Source: a virus. From it: a stretch of DNA of 64,000 nt. A program made the position numbers and the translations under genes. The stretch lies in IMG/VR virus record IMGVR_UViG_3300035696_000018, positions 1-64,000 of that record; one strand, given 5' to 3'. Of the stretch, positions 7,121 to 14,798 are shown piece after piece. The notes under the pieces are model-generated. The model was not told the origin of the DNA, searched no databases, and worked only from the letters and a program-made list of their open reading frames with translations. Within the stretch, counting starts at the first letter, position 1; each line of letters starts with the position of its first letter.

Positions 7121-7194
7121 GACGGAGTAACTCAATGGCAGAGTACTGGGTTGAAACCCCGGCGTTGGCCGTTCGATTCGGCCCTCCGTTGCCA
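7121..7194 (+). tRNA. tRNA-Phe(GAA)
   Basis: CTGGG-TT-GAA-AC-CCCGG, CCA. Confidence 0.75.
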
Positions 7195-7198
7195 CTTT

Positions 7199-7322
7199 AA
7201 GATGCGTACAGCCATAAACAATGCTACGTAAACCCGTGCGTCGGTGTGTGCAAATCCACCCCCGTCCACCATATGGACGGGTAGCTCAGTAGTAGAGCGG
7301 CGGGATGCAAAAACCGCATCTT
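7199..7322 (+). ncRNA. circularly permuted tRNA inside an ACAGC-family stem (Y-RNA-like)
   Basis: 3' tRNA half (CCCGT, T arm, CCCGTCC-ACCA), TAT, 5' half (GGACGGG, D arm, GCGGG), closed by AAGATGCG/CGCATCTT. Confidence 0.7.
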
Positions 7323-7351
7323 GTATTTCCCTCCTGATATGTAAATGTGTT

Positions 7352-7942
7352 ATGAAACACATTTGTCACAGCGACGGTTGTCCCGGTGCCGACATGGCAT
7401 GGGAGAATGAAGGAAAGCGTTACGGTGTCGAAACCATTGCCTACTCTTTCCGCAATCATATTCAAGAGAGCATGAACCCTAAAATCCTAACGGTTGAAGA
7501 ACTGGCCGAGGGTTGGGAGCACGTCAAGATTGCAGACAAGACTTTGAAAAAGAATGTCGAAAGTCTTACGTCTCCTTACATGCGAAATCTTCTCTGTCGA
7601 AACTGGTTTCAAGTCAAAAATGCCGATGCAATTTTCGCAGTCGGGAAATTCGGCTCCATACGAGGAACAGTGGATGGAGGAACGGGATGGGCAGTTCAAA
7701 TGGCAGTTGACAACAAGAAGCCCGTCTATTTTTTCGACCAAACACCGCCGACATGCAACATTGGTGGTGCTCCAATGTGGTCATATTACGACTACAAAGT
7801 GAATCTTTTCATTCCGTTGACCTATTGCCCAAGTTTGCCAGAAAACTTCGCTGGCATTGGTACACGGGATTTGAACGAGTATGGAAAGTCAGCCATCTGG
7901 ATGATTTTGCATACCAATCTGGCCCATTCGTCTATCAGCTAG
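7352..7942 (+). CDS. SLOG-superfamily (YpsA/MoCo-carrier-like) protein
   Basis: HSDGCPGAD, GGTGWAVQMA and FAGIGTR motifs. Confidence 0.6.
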   Translation: MKHICHSDGCPGADMAWENEGKRYGVETIAYSFRNHIQESMNPKILTVEELAEGWEHVKIADKTLKKNVESLTSPYMRNLLCRNWFQVKNADAIFAVGKFGSIRGTVDGGTGWAVQMAVDNKKPVYFFDQTPPTCNIGGAPMWSYYDYKVNLFIPLTYCPSLPENFAGIGTRDLNEYGKSAIWMILHTNLAHSSIS

Positions 7943-7995
7943 GACTACTCGTTTTCAGCGAGAGAAACTCGGAGCGTCACCGGGATGGGCTACCA
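7921..7995 (+). tRNA. tRNA-Glu(TTC)
   Basis: CTCG-TT-TTC-AG-CGAG, CCA. Confidence 0.8.
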
Positions 7996-7999
7996 ATTT

Positions 8000-8181
8000 G
8001 TGGGGATAACATAACAGCAGTGTGCTGCCCGTGGAGGGCAGAGTGAATATGCATATCTTAACTCGGAGTAGTTACCCGAGGGCGGGTATGAAATACATGA
8101 CACCACAGCAAGTTCCCGTAGTCTAACTAACGCAAGGGGATTTGTTTGCGATGAGGGTGCAACTCCTTCTCTACCACACCA
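8000..8181 (+). ncRNA. tRNA-scaffolded RNA (~180 nt)
   Basis: GTGG/CCAC-ACCA ends, T-like arm GAGGG-TGCAACT-CCTTC, hairpin-rich core. Confidence 0.45.
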
Positions 8182-8184
8182 ATT

Positions 8185-8319
8185 TAGGTACGCACAGCGA
8201 AAAAACATGCTTATGTCAAACCGCTGATGAGAGTGCAAATCTCTCTGCCCCGGCCATATCGGGGTATAGCTTAAGTAGCCAGAGCGGCGGTCCCGCAAGG
8301 GAGCAAAAAAACGTACCTA
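8185..8319 (+). ncRNA. circularly permuted tRNA inside an ACAGC-family stem (Y-RNA-like)
   Basis: TAGGTACG-C-ACAGC; ACCGC, T arm GAGAG-TGCAAAT-CTCTC, TGCCCCG-GCCA-TAT-CGGGGTA, D arm, GCGGT; CGTACCTA. Confidence 0.7.
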
Positions 8320-8324
8320 GCTCT

Positions 8325-8398
8325 GCGGTATTAGTTTACTGGAAAAACACGACATTGCCAATGTTGAGACAGCAGTTCAATTCTGCTATACCGCACCA
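8325..8398 (+). tRNA. tRNA-Gly(GCC)
   Basis: CGACA-TT-GCC-AA-TGTTG, CCA. Confidence 0.85.
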
Positions 8399-8403
8399 AT
8401 TTC

Positions 8404-8482
8404 GGAGTCGAAGCCATCAAAGACGGGCACCCGCCTTTTAAGCGGAATAATCGAGTGGGGGCAGTACCCATCGGCTCCACCA
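8404..8482 (+). tRNA. tRNA-Lys(TTT)
   Basis: CCGC-CT-TTT-AA-GCGG, CCA. Confidence 0.8.
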
Positions 8483-8486
8483 ATTT

Positions 8487-8560
8487 CAGACGGTAGTTAA
8501 ATCAATAGACGCTCGGCAAGGGGCCGAGAAATGTGGGTGAAATTCCCATCCGTCTGACCA
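8487..8560 (+). tRNA. tRNA-Pro(AGG)-like, atypical
   Basis: CAGACGG/CCGTCTG-ACCA, CTCGG-CA-AGG-GG-CCGAG. Confidence 0.55.
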
Positions 8561-8564
8561 GCTT

Positions 8565-8807
8565 GCCAACATGGTGTGTTCGGTGCCAATGGGGCGTGAG
8601 TAAACATACCGAAATCGTATCACCAGCAGTTGATAACATCGCAATGGGCTGTAAAACGCTCGTGGGTGAAAGCCCCACAAGGTCAACTGTAAGGAACGGA
8701 ATAAGTATGTGTAGGGGCGTCGAAGGTGCTGGATTCAATAGTAGCACGCCGTAGCACATTGCGATTACCAAGCGGGGGTCTGGGTGCAAGTCCCAGTGTT
8801 GGCTCCA
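8565..8807 (+). ncRNA. tRNA-scaffolded RNA (243 nt), Thr-type acceptor
   Basis: GCCAACA/TGTTGGC-TCCA, CTGGG-TGCAAGT-CCCAG, internal ATCGCAATG/CATTGCGAT helix. Confidence 0.6.
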
Positions 8808-8812
8808 CTTTT

Positions 8813-8919
8813 GCCTCCTTAGTCTAACCACCCCTTAGCCGGGGACAGACGGTACGAAAGACGCACGGCCCGGCGACGTAAGCCGTAGGACGATGGTGCA
8901 AATCCATTAGGAGGCTCCA
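8813..8919 (+). ncRNA. tRNA-Thr-like RNA with D-loop and anticodon-loop expansions
   Basis: GCCTCCT/AGGAGGC-TCCA; ACGGC-CCGGCGACGTAA-GCCGT. Confidence 0.6.
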
Positions 8920-8925
8920 ATTTAC

Positions 8926-9035
8926 GAGATGCCCGTTTCTACAGCAAATCCCAAAAGGAAAAGTGATTCATTGAACATGAAAAACCAGTTGGGTTCAAAC
9001 CCCGACACCCTCGCAAGAGGCTGGGCATCTCGCCA
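8926..9035 (+). ncRNA. ACAGC-family stem element with T-arm-like hairpin
   Basis: GAGATGCCC..ACAGCAA...GGGTTCAAACCCC...GGGCATCTC-GCCA. Confidence 0.55.
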
Positions 9036-9041
9036 ATTTAT

Positions 9042-9151
9042 CGCACTGTAGTTGGCCGTAGGACCGAGGCGTACCTCGGAGGTATCGGCGAATAATCAAC
9101 GCCTTACTAGGAGTTTGGAAACATTAGGTTCAAATCCTATCGGTGCGACCA
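9042..9151 (+). ncRNA. tRNA-scaffolded RNA (110 nt)
   Basis: CGCACTG/CGGTGCG-ACCA, TAGG-TTCAAAT-CCTA. Confidence 0.55.
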
Positions 9152-9157
9152 TTTCAT

Positions 9158-9240
9158 GGGCATGTGGGTTAAGACGAAAAGCACAGTCGCTAGGTCGAGA
9201 GCCTAGACCTTTACAGGTGCGAGTCCTGTCATGCCTACCA
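9158..9240 (+). tRNA. tRNA-Leu(GAG)-like, enlarged D loop, short variable arm
   Basis: CTAGG-TC-GAG-AG-CCTAG, CCA. Confidence 0.55.
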
Positions 9241-9345
9241 CTTTGTAACATGTATGTGCCTCAATGGCTCATTGTGGAACGTGTATGTTACGGTCTTATA
9301 TATCGGTCGTTATCCGGGTTTAGGTCCGATATATGAAACCATAAT

Positions 9346-9488
9346 GCCTCTGTAGCTTAAAAATTAGGACCAGAGCAGCGGGCCAATGTGTGCTCTTTTT
9401 GGAGCCAGCAAGACTTAGGGGGTTGTTTGACCTCCGATGACACTACTTGTGCCCGGGTATGGGTGCCCCAGCCCCATTGGAGGCTCCA
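9346..9488 (+). ncRNA. tRNA-scaffolded RNA with ~65-nt anticodon-arm insert, Thr-type acceptor
   Basis: GCCTCTG/TGGAGGC-TCCA, D arm, CGGGC..GCCCG stem. Confidence 0.55.
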
Positions 9489-9499
9489 GTTTCCCCCAC

Positions 9500-9527
9500 T
9501 TGACAAACGCCGAAGATGGTGTATAAT
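9500..9527 (+). promoter_or_regulatory. sigma70 consensus promoter
   Basis: TTGACA-N16-TATAAT; similar sites at ~13633, 16077, 20983, 25702, 27001, 27871, 35905. Confidence 0.7.
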
Positions 9528-9674
9528 GTGGGCATGATGAAAACATACACGATGATGAACAAGCCGAACTTCAAAAAGTGGCCTGTGGCCGCAAAAATGT
9601 GCTGGTGACAACCAACTACAGGGAAATCACCTGTAAGCGGTGCCTCGCCACTACAGTACACAAGGCGACCAAAA

Positions 9675-9893
9675 ATGCGACTCCAACTAAAGTTTGAAGA
9701 GAGCGATTTCGAGACGCTCCGCTCCTTCGACAAAGCAGTGAAGCGTCAACTCGGGCCGAACGTTTACGTCGGCACTGATTCGCTGTGCTTCTACTTCGAC
9801 TACCCGAAAGAGCTAGTCCAAAGGTTGAGACCGCTGTGTCCGCACAATCAGCTTGAATTCGAACTCGAATCTTCGCTGCCAGATGCCAAATGA
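9675..9893 (+). CDS. hypothetical protein
   Basis: ORF coupled to the next (ATGA overlap). Confidence 0.65.
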   Translation: MRLQLKFEESDFETLRSFDKAVKRQLGPNVYVGTDSLCFYFDYPKELVQRLRPLCPHNQLEFELESSLPDAK

Positions 9894-10183
9894 AAACTCC
9901 AGCCAAGTACAAAGTCGAATACTCAGTACAACAGCTTTGCGTAGGCAATAAGTGGGAGAATGTCCGATGGCACAGTTTTGATACAAAAGCCGAGGCCACG
10001 GATGACATGGATAATCACGTAAAACCGTATTATCCAGAAGACAGATTTCGAGTACGCCGCATAAAGGTGAGAACCGACAAGTGCCCTTGGCATTGTTTGC
10101 ATTGCGGCAACGGGCCGTTTGACGTAAAACATCACCAACGGATAGAAAGACTCATAACTCGTGTGGTAAATCTTGCGATATGA
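9890..10183 (+). CDS. hypothetical protein with C-terminal Cys/His motif
   Basis: ORF track, translational coupling. Confidence 0.65.
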   Translation: MKTPAKYKVEYSVQQLCVGNKWENVRWHSFDTKAEATDDMDNHVKPYYPEDRFRVRRIKVRTDKCPWHCLHCGNGPFDVKHHQRIERLITRVVNLAI

Positions 10184-10653
10184 AACTCGCTATTTGGATT
10201 GCATTCGTGGTCTTGCTCTCGGGATGTCGAGAGCAGACTGGTACATGTGCCCCCGACTCGATGGAACGACTAAGCGGGTTCTTGCCAATCAAGACCCCGA
10301 CACCATCGGCTAAGTTTGCCGCAATGATGCACACGACCAAAGCGGGGACGGAGTTGGGAGAGATAGACGAGGCGTGGGACAAAGTATATACGAATCACCC
10401 GCTGGTCCCCATTCTCGTCAAGAATGCTGATGGGATTGCGATTGACTTGGAAGAGGCGAAGATAAATTTCAACTCCCCGTATCTGTGGTCGGGCAAATGC
10501 CAAGGCGGGCATTGTGCATTGGTTTACTTTTATGGTGATTACATTGTTCTTTCCCATAGTCAGTACATTCCCGGCACTTGGGAGTGGTACAGGCAGACGA
10601 ATTCGTATTCGTGGCTATTAACGAATACGTATTGCATATGGAAAGTCAAATAA
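10180..10653 (+). CDS. putative lipoprotein
   Basis: signal peptide with LSGC lipobox. Confidence 0.65.
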   Translation: MKLAIWIAFVVLLSGCREQTGTCAPDSMERLSGFLPIKTPTPSAKFAAMMHTTKAGTELGEIDEAWDKVYTNHPLVPILVKNADGIAIDLEEAKINFNSPYLWSGKCQGGHCALVYFYGDYIVLSHSQYIPGTWEWYRQTNSYSWLLTNTYCIWKVK

Positions 10654-10654
10654 C

Positions 10655-10732
10655 GGGTTGGTAGCTCAGTCCAGTCAGAGCAGGAGTCTCTTAAACTCAA
10701 GGTCGTGGGAGCGAAGCCCACCCGACCCACCA
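10655..10732 (+). tRNA. tRNA-Lys(CTT)
   Basis: GAGT-CT-CTT-AA-ACTC, CCA. Confidence 0.85.
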
Positions 10733-10736
10733 TTTT

Positions 10737-11150
10737 ATGCATGACAACTACAAAAAAGGCCAAGAGGCAATCCTCAAAATGCAGGAACGAGCACTCCAAT
10801 TAGGTTGGGACGTATGTTTCCCCACGGTGGAAAGTCGCTTCGATGCGGTTCTTGTAGATACAAATGGAAAATGCCATAGGATTCAAACCAAATACGTGGA
10901 TTATCATCGGAGTTTTTCCAAGGGGTCCGTCGTATTGGATTTGCGGAAGAAAACGTGGAATCATGGTCAAACGAAAACCTATTCCAAATCGGAGATAGAC
11001 GCAATAGTTGCATATATCCCACAAGCAAAACGACTTGTATGGCTTGGTCCCGAAGTATTTCACCAGAAAGCGTCAGTAACTTTGAGGTATCAGCCGTCGA
11101 AAAACAATCAAGTCCGAGGAACTCGAAAAGTTCCTGATTATGAATGGTAA
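10737..11150 (+). CDS. PD-(D/E)XK homing-type endonuclease
   Basis: KGQEA..P..ESRFDAVL..RIQTK..YSKSEID motif set. Confidence 0.75.
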   Translation: MHDNYKKGQEAILKMQERALQLGWDVCFPTVESRFDAVLVDTNGKCHRIQTKYVDYHRSFSKGSVVLDLRKKTWNHGQTKTYSKSEIDAIVAYIPQAKRLVWLGPEVFHQKASVTLRYQPSKNNQVRGTRKVPDYEW

Positions 11151-11289
11151 TTTTGCGGGCCGTAGTCCTAAACACTCGACAGGAGGCCGAAAGGCTGACC
11201 GGAGAACTTTGCGATAGCGGTGTAATACGCTTACGAAATGAGGCGGGAGTTTAGATGTTAGTACCGCCCGATGCCCGCAGATTCACTTT

Positions 11290-11348
11290 GAGATACTAAC
11301 AGCAACCAACAAAAATTCGACTGAAATTCGAAAACCAAATGGTATCTC
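11290..11348 (+). ncRNA. ACAGC-family element displaying a Phe anticodon stem-loop
   Basis: GAGATACTA-ACAGCAA..TTCGA-CT-GAA-AT-TCGAA..TGGTATCTC. Confidence 0.55.
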
Positions 11349-11364
11349 GCCTATTTATCAACAT

Positions 11365-11439
11365 CAGGGTGTAGTGTAGTGGTAACACGCTTGCTTCGGG
11401 AGCAAGAGACCGGGAGTTCAAATCTCCCCATCCTGACCA
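11365..11439 (+). tRNA. tRNA-Pro(CGG)
   Basis: CTTGC-TT-CGG-GA-GCAAG, CCA. Confidence 0.9.
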
Positions 11440-11440
11440 T

Positions 11441-11525
11441 GCTACTGTGGTGAAACGGCAAACACGCTACGCTCAGAACGTAGAGCCGAAAGGCATTGTG
11501 GGTTCGACTCCCTCCAGTAGCACCA
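11441..11525 (+). tRNA. tRNA-Leu(CAG)
   Basis: CTACG-CT-CAG-AA-CGTAG, long variable arm, CCA. Confidence 0.9.
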
Positions 11526-11529
11526 ATTT

Positions 11530-11748
11530 ATGAAATGGAGAAAAGGTCAAAAAGTAGTTATCGAAGTTCACGTTGGCGGCATCGTAACCGAAGAGGAAGG
11601 TGTCATATCCGAAGTGAACAAGAAGGGAGTGTATTTGGACAATGGACCGGGGAACGACCCCAACGGGCCATTTGACAAGAAAACTGGCGAGCACATTACC
11701 ATTCGAGAAGTGGGAATGCTTGGCAGTCAAATCATTCGCCCGAAGTAA
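11530..11748 (+). CDS. hypothetical protein
   Basis: ORF directly after a tRNA. Confidence 0.65.
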   Translation: MKWRKGQKVVIEVHVGGIVTEEEGVISEVNKKGVYLDNGPGNDPNGPFDKKTGEHITIREVGMLGSQIIRPK

Positions 11749-11869
11749 TTTCGCTCGGCATCAGTGAGGACAGATAGGGATACCGGGACTTTAGTGATGC
11801 GGGACGCTTGCCTTCAAGCGATGAAGGGCTGCTCAATTCTGAGTGACCTGACATGCCGAGCACCGTTTT

Positions 11870-12331
11870 ATGAAGTATAGTAAAGAAATGTTGGAAAATG
11901 CCGCTCGCACTTCCACGTCAATTGCAGAGGTTATGCGTAATCTTGGCATTAGACGTGCAGGCGGAAGCCATTCCCATCTTTCACGTCGGTTGAAATTCTT
12001 TGCTATAGACATATCACATTTTACTGGCAAAACGTCATCAAAAGGTCGTCCTCAGAAACGAAAGACGTGGAAAGAAATACTTATTCTTCGGTCAGAGGGA
12101 CGACGCACCGCCGCATATCAATTGCGTCGTGCTTTAATTGAAAGCGGAGTCAAATACGTTTGCTCTGAATGCGGGCTTCCTCCGTTTTGGAATGGGAAAG
12201 AATTGGTAATACCAGTTGACCATCAAAACGGCAATTGGTTGGATGACCGCCCAAACAACGTAAGATTTCTGTGTCCTAATTGTCATACGCAGACACCGGG
12301 ATACAGTGGAAGAAAACGGCCATGTGGATAA
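11870..12331 (+). CDS. HNH endonuclease with N-terminal HTH-like region
   Basis: CSECG..VDHQNGNWLDDRPNNVRFLCPNCH; stop inside tRNA-Leu. Confidence 0.85.
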   Translation: MKYSKEMLENAARTSTSIAEVMRNLGIRRAGGSHSHLSRRLKFFAIDISHFTGKTSSKGRPQKRKTWKEILILRSEGRRTAAYQLRRALIESGVKYVCSECGLPPFWNGKELVIPVDHQNGNWLDDRPNNVRFLCPNCHTQTPGYSGRKRPCG

Positions 12332-12402
12332 GCGAAGCTGGCACAAGCAACACGCTTAGAACGTGTCATCCTTTATCGGTTCGAATCCGTTCATGGCTAC
12401 CA
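12318..12402 (+). tRNA. tRNA-Leu(TAG), short variable arm
   Basis: ACACG-CT-TAG-AA-CGTGT, CCA. Confidence 0.7.
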
Positions 12403-12406
12403 ATTT

Positions 12407-12574
12407 ATGACAACACAACAGAAACGCATTAAGCATGAGAAAGACTACATCGAGTTCTTGGAACGCCGAGTCAAAAGTTCCAACTACAAAAAGAATGTCA
12501 GTCCCGAAGAGTATGCGGCAACCGAGGCCAAGTTGAAGAAGGCCAAGCTTGTGATGCGAGTATTGTCGAAGTAA
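12407..12574 (+). CDS. small basic hypothetical protein (55 aa)
   Basis: MTTQQKRIKHEKDYIEFL...VLSK*. Confidence 0.6.
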   Translation: MTTQQKRIKHEKDYIEFLERRVKSSNYKKNVSPEEYAATEAKLKKAKLVMRVLSK

Positions 12575-12629
12575 TTCCGCTATGGTCGTAGGCGACCACA
12601 AAACCGTTAAGCCTGTAGGCAGGCAACAT

Positions 12630-12704
12630 GGCCCTGTCGTCTAGCAGCAGGACATCACCCCTTCAAGGTGAAGACCGTGAGTGCGATTCTCCGCAGGGCT
12701 ACCA
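12630..12704 (+). tRNA. tRNA-Glu(TTC), C33
   Basis: TCACC-CC-TTC-AA-GGTGA, CCA. Confidence 0.75.
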
Positions 12705-12709
12705 CTCTT

Positions 12710-13072
12710 ATGAGAACGTGGATTGAACAAAAACCAAACAAGAAAAACTGTGGGGTGATTGCAGTAGCCGTAGTAGCAAGTATCCCCGTAAACGTAGCCG
12801 CCGAGTGCATTGGAAAAGACGGAGCGACTACAACCAAACAACTCGTCAAAGCAGTTCGGAGGTTAGGATACAAATGTCCTGACCGATTGAAGGTGATGCC
12901 TCGACCTCCATTGGCAATCGCCAAATTGTCAAATCCAAAACGACGGGGAGGATGGCATTGGGTGGTGGTAGATGGAGACAAGATTTTCGACGGTATCAAT
13001 GGAAAGCCTGATGGCACCGTTGATTGGGTAAAAGGATGGCGAATCACTTCCTATCTCCCTATTTATGATTGA
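12710..13072 (+). CDS. peptidase C39-like protein
   Basis: Q....NCG.IAVA..HWVVVDG..IFD catalytic pattern. Confidence 0.6.
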   Translation: MRTWIEQKPNKKNCGVIAVAVVASIPVNVAAECIGKDGATTTKQLVKAVRRLGYKCPDRLKVMPRPPLAIAKLSNPKRRGGWHWVVVDGDKIFDGINGKPDGTVDWVKGWRITSYLPIYD

Positions 13073-13380
13073 TGAAATCACTATGCTTATTTTGGGCAAT
13101 AGTGTTTTTGACAGTCGGGTGTAGCGGGGTACGCTACATCGGGAAAGTTGGCGACGTTGACTTCTACAAAGTTCACACCGACAACTTTAACGGACCAACG
13201 ATTACCGCTCTGGTATCGTTGAGTAATGGTGTAACCAAAGTTGAAAGCGTCATATCGGCGACTTCAACCTCTACGCCAAGGATGGGAACGGAATTTGGGC
13301 CTGCTTCGGGGGTTTCCTCGTGGCAACAATCCACTGCAACTTCCACGGGCTGTACGGGTGGGAATTGCAGACTACCGTAA
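13072..13380 (+). CDS. putative lipoprotein
   Basis: TVGC lipobox. Confidence 0.55.
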   Translation: MKSLCLFWAIVFLTVGCSGVRYIGKVGDVDFYKVHTDNFNGPTITALVSLSNGVTKVESVISATSTSTPRMGTEFGPASGVSSWQQSTATSTGCTGGNCRLP

Positions 13381-13547
13381 ACATATTACCAGTTCTTCTC
13401 GTCTGGTGCGTCCAGCAACGATGAAAGGTGAGGGGTCCGTAGGAGCCTCCGGTGACCGCAAGGAAACCTCATGGACATTCGTTGGAGTGGCTTGAAAACA
13501 AAACGATTACGGGGACCGCTCGCTACCCTGTTGACACTGCGAGCTAT

Positions 13548-13624
13548 GGGCGGATGGTGAAAATGGATTATCATGATAGCCTTCTAAGCTTTAGTTCTGG
13601 GTTCAAGTCCCAGTCTGCCTACCA
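13548..13624 (+). tRNA. tRNA-Arg(TCT)
   Basis: AGC-CT-TCT-AA-GCT, CCA. Confidence 0.85.
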
Positions 13625-13670
13625 CTTTTCATTTGACAACGAGTGCATGGTGTGTTATTGTTAACGCACT

Positions 13671-14240
13671 ATGATTGAATCCTTACTTACAGCACTCGCA
13701 GTCGGAACCATCTGATTCTGGTTACTCGTCATTCTCGCCTCGGTGATTATCATCGCCTGTGTGGAGAACGAACATTACCCAACACCTTCCATCGTTGCCG
13801 TCCTCCTGGCTGTCATCTACTGGAAGGCTATCGTCTCCGTCCCGTGGTCACAGATTGCCATTGTGGTCGGTGCCTTCGCCCTTTTGGGTGCGGGATGGTC
13901 AACGTTTCAGTGGTTTCGCCGAGTTCAGAAGAAAGCCGCCTTTTATCGTGAAAAGTATGGCGAAGCTCTTACCGAAGGTCAACTCGCACAATTGAAAGAA
14001 GATGTTTCCGCCTCACGCCACAAGGCTCTCATTACAGGATGGATTGCATTCTGGCCGTGGGACATGTTCTGGACCTTCACGGGCGACTTCTTCAACATGA
14101 TTTACGAGGCTCTCTCGAATGTCTATCAGGGCATTTCCAACCGTGCGGTTGGTCAGTTCAAGGTGGCCGAGAAAGTCAAAGAGAAGGAAGATGCAATTCC
14201 CAACGACGAAATGTCGTATCGCCGTGGCCGCAGTTACTAA
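13671..14240 (+). CDS. membrane protein; in-frame TGA at 13713-13715 in the N-terminal extension
   Basis: hydrophobic frame continuous from ATG 13671 through TGA into the ORF 13743-14240. Confidence 0.6.
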
Positions 14241-14261
14241 GTCCGTTTGACCGTTTTGTTG

Positions 14262-14291
14262 TGCCAGCGGGTGTCCCCCGCTGGCCTTTTT
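14262..14291 (+). terminator. intrinsic terminator
   Basis: GCCAGCGGG..CCCGCTGGC then T-run. Confidence 0.65.
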
Positions 14292-14368
14292 GCTCACGAC
14301 CCCGAATTGGAATTGGGCTTTGTTTCCTAAACAAATGACTGTGGGTTCGAATCCCTCCGTGAGCACCA
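14292..14368 (+). tRNA. tRNA-Arg(CCT)
   Basis: TTTGT-TT-CCT-AA-ACAAA, CCA. Confidence 0.8.
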
Positions 14369-14372
14369 TTTT

Positions 14373-14630
14373 ATGATGCAAATCATCTATTGCAAAGAGT
14401 GCGGCGGCGGCTCCAGCATCGGGTTGGAATCTGTCAGCGTCAACGTGGAGTTATCCATGCACCATCATTGTGATATATGTCGCCACGGACGAACCGAAAC
14501 CCAAACATACTTTTTCTGCTCGCTTGCGTGCTTCCTTGCATATGTAAACAAGGTCGCCCAAGGGAAAGCAGAGTTCAAATTCAAGGTTTACGACCAAATG
14601 ACGGGTCAGAGTGTTGACCCGATAGATTGA
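14373..14630 (+). CDS. Cys-rich zinc-finger-like protein
   Basis: CKEC, CDIC, FCSLAC motifs. Confidence 0.65.
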   Translation: MMQIIYCKECGGGSSIGLESVSVNVELSMHHHCDICRHGRTETQTYFFCSLACFLAYVNKVAQGKAEFKFKVYDQMTGQSVDPID

Positions 14631-14713
14631 TGCGTGGTGTAACTGGTAACACGCTCGGCTTTGACCCGAGAGACGATTCGCTCGTGTAGGTTCAACTCCT
14701 ACCGCATCAGCCA
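14628..14713 (+). tRNA. tRNA-Gln(TTG) with long variable arm
   Basis: CTCGG-CT-TTG-AC-CCGAG, GCCA. Confidence 0.8.
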
Positions 14714-14719
14714 ATTTAT

Positions 14720-14793
14720 TCCCGCTTCGTATAACGGCAGTACAGGAGCCTTTGAAGCTTTTGGTGGTGGTTCGATTCCATCAGCGGGAGCCA
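14720..14793 (+). tRNA. tRNA-Gln(TTG)
   Basis: GGAGC-CT-TTG-AA-GCTTT, GCCA. Confidence 0.85.
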
Positions 14794-14798
14794 ACTTT

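Noticed and set aside
6259-8807. tmRNA
   Set aside because: The long tRNA-ended RNAs lack a G3-U70 Ala acceptor and a tag reading frame.
410-9500. Numerous ORF-track entries on both strands across the tRNA array
   Set aside because: They overlap tRNAs or ncRNAs, lack RBS or motifs and read as shadow ORFs.
12630-12704. Opal suppressor or tRNA-Sec (CTTCAA)
   Set aside because: The stem register gives TTC on a Glu-type body; no Sec features.
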